Source: Alphaproteobacteria bacterium
Lineage (GTDB): Bacteria > Pseudomonadota > Alphaproteobacteria > Rs-D84 > SZUA-605
Assembly (NCBI GenBank): GCA_031549385.1
Contig: JAVBPW010000005.1
Location: 64,001-128,000 of the forward strand
Reading direction: 5' to 3'
DNA length: 64,000 nucleotides
Shown: piece by piece, positions 1-6,756 of the stretch
Layout: each line of letters begins with the position of its first letter
How positions within the stretch are numbered: position 1 is the stretch's first letter
The notes under the pieces: model-generated
Databases searched by the model: none
The model's input: the letters and a program-made list of their open reading frames with translations, nothing else
What the model was told of the DNA's origin: nothing
Made by a program: the position numbers and the translations under genes

Positions 1-948
1 CTTGACTCTGCTTTGATGAGACCAGGGCGTTTTGATAGACAAATCTATGTATCTCTTCCAGATGTTAAGGGTAGGGAAGCTATATTAAAAATACATGCTA
101 AAAAGATTAAGGCTGCTAATGATATAGACCTTAATGTAATTGCTAGAGGAACTGTTGGTTTTTCTGGGGCTGATTTAGCTAACCTTGTTAATGAAGCTGC
201 TTTGATTGCTGCACGTAATAACCATAAGGAAGTTACTTCACATGATTTTGATATGGCAAGAGATAAAATCTTAATGGGAGCTGAGAGAGCAACAGTACTT
301 GATCCTAAGGAATTAGAGCTTACAGCTTATCATGAAGCAGGGCATGCGTTTATTGGTACTGTGATTGAAGGGTTTGATCCTATACATAAGGCTACTATTA
401 TTCCAAGAGGTGAAGCATTGGGTATGGTACAACATTTGCCTGAAAAAGATAAAGTATCCCAAAGTTTAAAACAAATTAAGGCTGATATATCTGTTTGTTG
501 CGCTGGGAGAATTTGTGAAGAAACATTCTTTGGTAAAGAAAATGTTACTACTGGAGCTTATTCTGATATAAGACATGCTACTAATTTAGCTCGTAATGTT
601 GTTACAGTTTGTGGACTTAGTGAAAACTTAGGTTTTATAGCATATAAAGAAAATGCGCTGGGTTATGGTGAAAGTGCGCCTAAATTTAATGTGTCTAATG
701 AAACGGCATTGCTTATTGATAAGGAAGTTAAAAAACTTATTGATGATTGCTATGACGTGGCTAAGAAATTAGTTGTTAAAAATAAAGATAAAATAAAAGA
801 ATTGGCAGAAGCATTGCTTAAATATGAAACTTTAACTGGTGATGAAATCAAAGATATTATTGCTGGTAAAAAGTTGGATAAAAAAATTGTTAAAAAGCCA
901 GTTGAAGTTAAAAAGACTTCTGTTATGGATAAGGCTAAACAAATATAA
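1..948 (+). CDS. ftsH: ATP-dependent zinc metalloprotease FtsH (C-terminal part, truncated by the window start)
   Basis: The frame is open from base 1. It contains the SRH motif RPGRFDR, GFSGADLANLVNEAA and the zinc motif HEAGH. Confidence 0.97.
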   Translation, partial: LDSALMRPGRFDRQIYVSLPDVKGREAILKIHAKKIKAANDIDLNVIARGTVGFSGADLANLVNEAALIAARNNHKEVTSHDFDMARDKILMGAERATVLDPKELELTAYHEAGHAFIGTVIEGFDPIHKATIIPRGEALGMVQHLPEKDKVSQSLKQIKADISVCCAGRICEETFFGKENVTTGAYSDIRHATNLARNVVTVCGLSENLGFIAYKENALGYGESAPKFNVSNETALLIDKEVKKLIDDCYDVAKKLVVKNKDKIKELAEALLKYETLTGDEIKDIIAGKKLDKKIVKKPVEVKKTSVMDKAKQI

Positions 949-951
949 AAT

Positions 952-980
952 AAAAAAGCTCCTAAATAGGAGCTTTTTTT
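952..980. terminator. Bidirectional intrinsic terminator between ftsH and radC
   Basis: A6-GCTCCT-aaat-AGGAGC-T7 between convergent genes. Confidence 0.85.
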
Positions 981-992
981 ATCTCAGTTTTA

Positions 993-1685
993 TTACCAAG
1001 TTTTTTCCCAAAATCCTAAATCTTTAAATGTTTGGATTTCGTTTTTACCTACTATGATGTGGTCTATTAATGTTATGCCTAATGGTGATAACATATTAAA
1101 TAAATCTTTTGTTATATTAATATCATTAATTGATGGTGTTAGATTACCACTTGGGTGATTGTGAATTAATAATAATGATTTTGCTTCTGTTTCCATTGCT
1201 TGCTTGATTATATTGCGTGGATAGATTGTTGCATAATCTATTGTTCCTGATGATATTGTTTCATCTTTTATTAATGCACCTTTAGTGTCTAAATATAATA
1301 CATGAAATTCTTCATGCTTTTTATGTGATAAATGAGAAATGCAATATAATTTTAAATCATTCCAAGTTTTTAATAAAGTTTTACCTTTTATTTGTTGAGA
1401 GGTAGAAAATTTACAAATTTGTGCTACTAAATTTAATAGCGTTGCTGATTTTTCTGATATGCCTTTTGTTTTACATAATTTTGATACATCTTCATTTAAT
1501 AAATCTTGGATGCTAGGATAGTTTTTTATTAATTCTTTTGCTATTGGTTTTACGTCTATTCTTGGTATTGAAAATGTTAGTAGTAATTCTATTAATTCGT
1601 AATCAGAAAAACTTTCTGGATTTTTTTGAAATTTTTCCAAAATTCTTTGTCTGTGACCTGTATAATGTGGATCTTGTTTTTCCAT
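993..1685 (-). CDS. radC: RadC-family JAB-domain protein
   Basis: GHRQR N-terminus, DYELIELLL, HNHPSG...PS..D and IDHIIVG JAB motifs. Confidence 0.95.
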   Translation of the reverse strand: MEKQDPHYTGHRQRILEKFQKNPESFSDYELIELLLTFSIPRIDVKPIAKELIKNYPSIQDLLNEDVSKLCKTKGISEKSATLLNLVAQICKFSTSQQIKGKTLLKTWNDLKLYCISHLSHKKHEEFHVLYLDTKGALIKDETISSGTIDYATIYPRNIIKQAMETEAKSLLLIHNHPSGNLTPSINDINITKDLFNMLSPLGITLIDHIIVGKNEIQTFKDLGFWEKTW

Positions 1686-1743
1686 GAAGATAATTTTAAC
1701 ATTATTAGGAATAAAATCAAATGAAATTATTTTGATATTAAAT

Positions 1744-1772
1744 TTGACAAAGTTAGATTATTTTTATATCTT
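1744..1772 (+). promoter_or_regulatory. Sigma70-type promoter of tRNA-Val
   Basis: TTGACA (1744-1749), 17-nt spacer, TATCTT (1767-1772), 14 nt upstream of the tRNA. Confidence 0.7.
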
Positions 1773-1786
1773 GTTTGCATACATTT

Positions 1787-1863
1787 GGGTGTATAGCTCA
1801 GTTGGTTAGAGCACTACCTCGACAAGGTAGGGGTCATAAGTTCGAGTCTTATTACACCCACCA
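1787..1863 (+). tRNA. tRNA-Val(GAC)
   Basis: Cloverleaf: acceptor GGGTGTA/TACACCC, anticodon arm CTACC-TC GAC AA-GGTAG, T-loop TTCGAGT, encoded CCA. Confidence 0.96.
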
Positions 1864-1883
1864 TTTTTTGTAGATATTTAAAT

Positions 1884-1910
1884 AAAAAAGCACAACAATG
1901 TGTTGTGCTG
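1884..1910 (-). terminator. Intrinsic terminator closing ncRNA copy 1 (convergent with tRNA-Val)
   Basis: Minus strand AGCACAAC-acatt-GTTGTGCT followed by a T run. Confidence 0.75.
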
Positions 1911-1925
1911 ATAAAAAAAACAGGC

Positions 1926-2000
1926 TATGACCTCTTTTGATGTTTTATCAAATTGTAGGCGTCCCCAAAACTTTTATGCACGCCTCGTTGTGTTGTCATA
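1926..2000 (-). ncRNA. Unrecognised three-way-junction RNA, copy 1 (stand-alone gene)
   Basis: UAUGAC-AACACAACG-AGGCGU[17 nt]ACGCCU-ACAA-UUUGAU[AAAAC]AUCAAA-AGAG-GUCAUA. It has its own promoter (2012-2039) and terminator (1884-1910), no ORF, and covaries with copy 2. Confidence 0.7.
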
Positions 2001-2011
2001 AGAAGACTTTT

Positions 2012-2039
2012 ATTATATAACATTATTAAGCTAAGTCAA
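2012..2039 (-). promoter_or_regulatory. Sigma70-type promoter of ncRNA copy 1
   Basis: Minus strand TTGACT (2039-2034), 16-nt spacer, TATAAT (2017-2012). Confidence 0.6.
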
Positions 2040-2061
2040 TTATTTTAAAAATAAAGGTAAT

Positions 2062-2086
2062 AAAAAATCCTCCCTTTCGGGAGGAT
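2062..2086 (-). terminator. Intrinsic terminator of the ACP-like gene
   Basis: Minus strand ATCCTCCC-gaaa-GGGAGGAT followed by a T run. Confidence 0.85.
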
Positions 2087-2118
2087 CGCTGTCAGAGACA
2101 GACATCAAACGCAAGCTA

Positions 2119-2415
2119 CTACGAAAAGCATTGTGCGAAGCGCTTTACAGTCAAAGGCTTTTGGCCTTTATCGTACCAGCTGGAAGTTAATTCAGCTGGA
2201 GACATGGTGAACGTGGTATTTGTTACTCGTTCTATCCTTTGGGCGGCAGCTGCTACATCTAAGTAGTCAACTTCCAGGCCAGTGTAGATATCACCATTGC
2301 CTTTTCGGTAAACTGTTTTTGCTACGCATTCGGCAGTTGTGCCGGTTTCTCTTGCGAGAGCCATGTAACAGGCTCTTTCCATGTCCCTTATCGGGACTTT
2401 TCTTTGTTTGTTCAT
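2119..2415 (-). CDS. Acyl-carrier-protein-like protein (98 aa) with DYL instead of DSL
   Basis: Likely ATG at 2415, downstream of the promoter at 2447-2475. GLEVDYLDVAAAAQRIE aligns to ACP DLGADSLDTVELVMALE, and LTVKRFAQCF to TTVQAAIDYI. Ends in a double TAG stop. Confidence 0.6.
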   Translation of the reverse strand: MNKQRKVPIRDMERACYMALARETGTTAECVAKTVYRKGNGDIYTGLEVDYLDVAAAAQRIERVTNTTFTMSPAELTSSWYDKGQKPLTVKRFAQCFS

Positions 2416-2446
2416 ATATATTAAATTTTTAAGGTTTGAGCTCAAG

Positions 2447-2475
2447 ATATTACCATTTAATTTAAAAAATGTCAA
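2447..2475 (-). promoter_or_regulatory. Sigma70-type promoter of the ACP-like gene
   Basis: Minus strand TTGACA (2475-2470), 17-nt spacer, TAATAT (2452-2447). Confidence 0.7.
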
Positions 2476-2504
2476 ATATTAATTTAAAAAATTAAAATAT
2501 AAGG

Positions 2505-2538
2505 AAAAGAAAAGGGCAGATTTACTTAAAAATCTGCC
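2505..2538 (-). terminator. Intrinsic terminator of the tRNA-like/ncRNA transcript
   Basis: Minus strand GGCAGATTT-ttaagt-AAATCTGCC followed by CTTTTCTTTT. Confidence 0.8.
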
Positions 2539-2564
2539 TCAATCCTAACTGTTTCAGTTGGTGC

Positions 2565-2622
2565 ATGCAACCTCCACCTTTCGGCTTGTAGGCGTGCAAA
2601 AACGCCTCGTTATTTGTTGCAT
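2565..2622 (-). ncRNA. Unrecognised three-way-junction RNA, copy 2
   Basis: AUGCAAC-AAAUAACG-AGGCGU[UUUUGC]ACGCCU-ACAA-GCC[GAAA]GGU-GGAG-GUUGCAU. The GNRA loop and G-U pair fix the minus strand. It lies 4 nt downstream of the tRNA-Gly-like RNA. Confidence 0.7.
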
Positions 2623-2626
2623 TTTG

Positions 2627-2697
2627 AAAGGGTGACGGGCACTGATCCCGCGACCTTCTCCTAGCAAGGAGCTGCTCTACCTCTGAGCTACACCCTT
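2627..2697 (-). ncRNA. tRNA-like RNA derived from tRNA-Gly(GCC), non-canonical
   Basis: AAGGGUG/CACCCUU acceptor with U73, intact D-arm GCUC-AGAGGUA-GAGC, 6-nt anticodon loop UUGCUA, T-loop AUCAGUG, no encoded CCA. Confidence 0.75.
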
Positions 2698-2723
2698 TGT
2701 CCTATAGGGTTTTAATAACCCTG

Positions 2724-2796
2724 CGGGCATGACTGGATTTGAACCAGCTACCTGGTCGTTTAGAATGACTTGCTTTACCAAATCAGCTTCATGCCC
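2724..2796 (-). tRNA. Atypical tRNA with CUA (amber) anticodon; suppressor or pseudo-tRNA
   Basis: GGGCAUG/CAUGCCC acceptor, G73, D-loop with G18G19, loop UU-CUA-AA (anticodon at 2761-2763), T-arm GCUGG-UUCAAAU-CCAGU. Deviations: A8, two A-C mismatches in the anticodon stem, no encoded CCA. Confidence 0.7.
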
Positions 2797-2833
2797 CTTT
2801 GAATTTATATATAATTCGTAAGTAACTGAGTTA

Positions 2834-2862
2834 GTTATATGAAAGATTTTCGAATTTGTCAA
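2834..2862 (-). promoter_or_regulatory. Sigma70-type promoter of the tRNA-like cluster
   Basis: Minus strand TTGACA (2862-2857), 17-nt spacer, TATAAC (2839-2834). Confidence 0.75.
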
Positions 2863-3417
2863 TTAAAATTTTAGCGAATAACCATTATCGTCAGTTTGTA
2901 TTAAATTGGCTTGAGTTGTGAGTTCTAGCTTTTGACGAAGGTTGTAAATGTGAGTCTTCAAAGTGTTTGTTTGAATGTTTTTGTCGTATCCCCAAATATT
3001 TTTCAATATTTCATCAGGGGTTGCATAGTGATTTGGTTGTTTTAATAAGAATAATAGTAATTCTTGTTCTTTTTGAGTTAATTCTATTTCTTGTTTGTTG
3101 CAAAAGAATGTGTTGTCTTTGATTTTGAACTTATCACAAGTAAAGGAATCTTCTGAAACTAATAAATCTTTTATTTTTTGCTTTAATTCAGATGGAAGAA
3201 TAGGGAGCTTTATAAAATGTGGTCCTTCTTTTTCGTCTGAAACTACTAGGTATCTCTTTGAATTTTGAGGAATATCTTTTTCATTGATTGTTATAATAAA
3301 AGAATCTTTATCATTAGTTTTGCTTTTTGTTGTGGAAATTGTTTTAAACATACCTTTAAGTAAGGATGTTAATAACCCTTCTTCCAATTTATCAAAACCT
3401 ATTAAGATTAAATTCAT
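2863..3417 (-). CDS. OmpR/PhoB-type winged-helix regulator with a degenerate receiver domain
   Basis: C-terminal IELTQKEQELLLFL...ILKNIWGY...TNTLKTHIYNLRQKL...GY. Start moved to ATG 3417 because the longer ORF overlaps tRNA-Cys. Confidence 0.85.
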   Translation of the reverse strand: MNLILIGFDKLEEGLLTSLLKGMFKTISTTKSKTNDKDSFIITINEKDIPQNSKRYLVVSDEKEGPHFIKLPILPSELKQKIKDLLVSEDSFTCDKFKIKDNTFFCNKQEIELTQKEQELLLFLLKQPNHYATPDEILKNIWGYDKNIQTNTLKTHIYNLRQKLELTTQANLIQTDDNGYSLKF

Positions 3418-3441
3418 GCGATTTTCAATGTTTAGTGTTAG

Positions 3442-3515
3442 TGGAGGCCGGTACCGGAGTCGAACCGATCTAGAAGGATTTGCAGTCCTCTGCATAACCG
3501 CTCTGCTAACCGGCC
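3442..3515 (-). tRNA. tRNA-Cys(GCA)
   Basis: GGCCGGT/ACCGGCC acceptor, GAGGA-CT GCA AA-TCCTT anticodon arm, U73 and CCA. Confidence 0.96.
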
Positions 3516-3660
3516 TCATTTTTTAACTTGCTTAGTTTATTATATTTATATTTTTGTGTCAATTGTAAAAATGGGAGTTTTTTCAGCTTTTTTGAAAGTC
3601 AACCCTAAATTTCTGATTTTTTTAATTATTTTTTTGTTTTTTAGGTTTTTAAAAGTCTGA

Positions 3661-4761
<1,101 letters not shown>

Positions 4762-4762
4762 A

Positions 4763-5629
4763 ATGGAAATAAAAAAATTATTTGGTGGAAATTCACTTGT
4801 CAGAGATTTAAAAAAAGGTGATGCTTATTCTTTAGGTAAAAATATTTATGGAAATGAACAGACTATAGAATTAGACAATATGTCTGCATTAGATGGTTTA
4901 GCTAATCAACTTTATGCTTCTTCTAAAGAATATGACTTGAAGGAAATTGCTAAACGATATTCTGGACAAGATCCTAAAACTTTAGCTAAGATGATGGCTG
5001 TTAATACATATATGATTGGTGAAAATCTTGATAATGCAGAAGCTAAAAAAATTAATTTGAAAATGCAAAGAGAAGATTTTGCTTTTTCACAGTTGCATGG
5101 AAATCATGTTGTTAATCCTGCGGTAACTAATTTGACTACTCAATATCTTTTACAAAAGATGGGTGCAGATAGTAGAATATTCAATGGAAAAATTGGTTTT
5201 ATCGAAGATGAAGTACAAATTGAAAATACTTCTGTTGTCGTGAGAGATGAAAATGGTAATCCTATGATGTTGGATTTTAATGATGATAATATAGACCCAA
5301 TTAACGATAGGAATATTCCTATATTTAATGTTAAAGGTGGGGCTGGAAATTATGATAAACTTCTTGAACAAGGTGAAAAACAAGCAGCTTTTGTTCAATG
5401 GGATGGAGTTGGTTATAATAAGGGAAGTTACCTTTATGGAGTGGATAGAAAAAGTTCTATTGAAATTGATGAAAGAAGTATTATTGGAAATAGTGCTTTT
5501 GAAGGAAAATATAAAGCTTTCAAAAGAAAATCTGATAATCAATTTGAACAGACGTTCCAAAATACAGATGAAGAACTTCAAAGATTTATTGAATTTGCTA
5601 TTAGAAATAAATTTGAATCTCCAGAATAA
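4763..5629 (+). CDS. Hypothetical protein, possibly an inactive transglutaminase-like fold
   Basis: 288-aa ORF starting 1 nt after ccrM, host-like codon usage. The fold resemblance is weak. Confidence 0.6.
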   Translation: MEIKKLFGGNSLVRDLKKGDAYSLGKNIYGNEQTIELDNMSALDGLANQLYASSKEYDLKEIAKRYSGQDPKTLAKMMAVNTYMIGENLDNAEAKKINLKMQREDFAFSQLHGNHVVNPAVTNLTTQYLLQKMGADSRIFNGKIGFIEDEVQIENTSVVVRDENGNPMMLDFNDDNIDPINDRNIPIFNVKGGAGNYDKLLEQGEKQAAFVQWDGVGYNKGSYLYGVDRKSSIEIDERSIIGNSAFEGKYKAFKRKSDNQFEQTFQNTDEELQRFIEFAIRNKFESPE

Positions 5630-5701
5630 ATTCGTTCTTGTAATATCTTAAATATTTATGTATTATAACCTCATATTTAATTTAAAGTATGAGGTTTTAT
5701 T

Positions 5702-5935
5702 ATGAGTGAATTTAAAGATTTAACTTTCGAAGATGCTATGAAAAGATTAGATGAAATTATTGCTAAGATGGAAGGTGGTAATGTTCCTTTAGAAAAATCT
5801 GTTGAAATGTATGAGATGGGAATGAAATTAAAAGAGTTTTGCAGTACTAAACTTAATGAAGCACGTCTTAAAGTTGAACAAATTGAAAATTTGGGTGATG
5901 GAAAAGTTGCTTTAAAGGAATTTAACGTAGAATAA
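5702..5935 (+). CDS. xseB: Exodeoxyribonuclease VII small subunit
   Basis: LTFEDAMKRLDEII..MEGG.VPLEKS..YE.G..L..C..L..A; GAGG Shine-Dalgarno. Confidence 0.95.
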   Translation: MSEFKDLTFEDAMKRLDEIIAKMEGGNVPLEKSVEMYEMGMKLKEFCSTKLNEARLKVEQIENLGDGKVALKEFNVE

Positions 5936-5936
5936 T

Positions 5937-6716
5937 ATGATTGAAGAAAAACGAGCAGAAATTGTTAAGAGTGCTAAGAAGTCTTTAGGGCAAAATTTCT
6001 TACTGGATGTTGGTATTGTTGATAAGATAGCAGGGCAGTTAAAATATTTAGATAAGGTTGTTGAAATTGGACCTGGAGTTGCTACTCTTACTGAAGCAGT
6101 GTTGCGTAGAAAGCCTAAAAAAATGGTTTCTATTGAAAAAGATGAGCGATTGTCTGAATTGCTTGATGAAGTTAAAATAAAATACCCTAATTTTGATTAT
6201 AAAAATATTGATGCTTTGAAAATTAATTGGAGCAAAGATTTTGAAGGTAAATATAGTTTGATTTCTAATTTGCCTTATAATATTTCTACTGTTTTAATGG
6301 TTAGTTTTGTTTATAACTATAGTGTTTTTAATGAACTTGTTTTAATGTTTCAAAAAGAAGTTGGAATGAGGATTTTAGCTAAGTCTGGAAGTGAATATGG
6401 AAGACTTTCTGTTATGGTGCAATCTGTGTTTGATGTTAATAAAGTAATGGACTTGAAACCTGGTGCGTTTTATCCTGCACCTAAAGTTGAAAGTAGTGTT
6501 TTGTATTTTAAGCCTAATGGAAATAAATTATCTTTAAAGCAATTGGAAAGATTAGATATTATTAGTAAAGTTGCATTTGAAAATAGACGTAAAAAAGTAA
6601 TTACTGGTTTGAAAAAAATTATTCCTAATGCAGAAGAAAAATTTAATGAACTTAAAATATCTTTAGATAGTAGGGCAGAGCAAATTACTGTTGAGCAGTA
6701 TTTAAAATTAATATAA
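5937..6716 (+). CDS. rsmA: 16S rRNA adenine dimethyltransferase RsmA/KsgA
   Basis: KKSLGQNFL, VEIGPG, SNLPYNIST, MFQKEV, YGRLSV, FYPAPKVES. Confidence 0.95.
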   Translation: MIEEKRAEIVKSAKKSLGQNFLLDVGIVDKIAGQLKYLDKVVEIGPGVATLTEAVLRRKPKKMVSIEKDERLSELLDEVKIKYPNFDYKNIDALKINWSKDFEGKYSLISNLPYNISTVLMVSFVYNYSVFNELVLMFQKEVGMRILAKSGSEYGRLSVMVQSVFDVNKVMDLKPGAFYPAPKVESSVLYFKPNGNKLSLKQLERLDIISKVAFENRRKKVITGLKKIIPNAEEKFNELKISLDSRAEQITVEQYLKLI

Positions 6717-6743
6717 AAAAGCTCCTGTTTAGGAGCTTTTTTT
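6715..6743. terminator. Bidirectional terminator between rsmA and the autotransporter
   Basis: A6-GCTCCT-gttt-AGGAGC-T7. Confidence 0.85.
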
Positions 6744-6756
6744 ATTTATCTAACTA

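Noticed and set aside
1926-2622. Riboswitch reading of the duplicated RNA motif
   Set aside because: Copy 1 has no downstream ORF. Copy 2 ends at a terminator, and the next gene has its own promoter.
2540-2723. HDV-like theta ribozyme 3' of the suppressor-like tRNA
   Set aside because: The downstream sequence forms a simple hairpin and a three-way junction. I could not build the nested double pseudoknot.
2724-2796. tRNA-Pyl / pyrrolysine system
   Set aside because: It has G18G19, a normal T-loop, a 5-nt variable loop and a 5-position anticodon stem, unlike tRNA-Pyl. No pyl genes are in the window.
2677-3519. ORF 2677-2862 and the N-terminal extension 3418-3519 of the regulator
   Set aside because: They overlap tRNA or tRNA-like genes and a promoter, and have no protein-like features.
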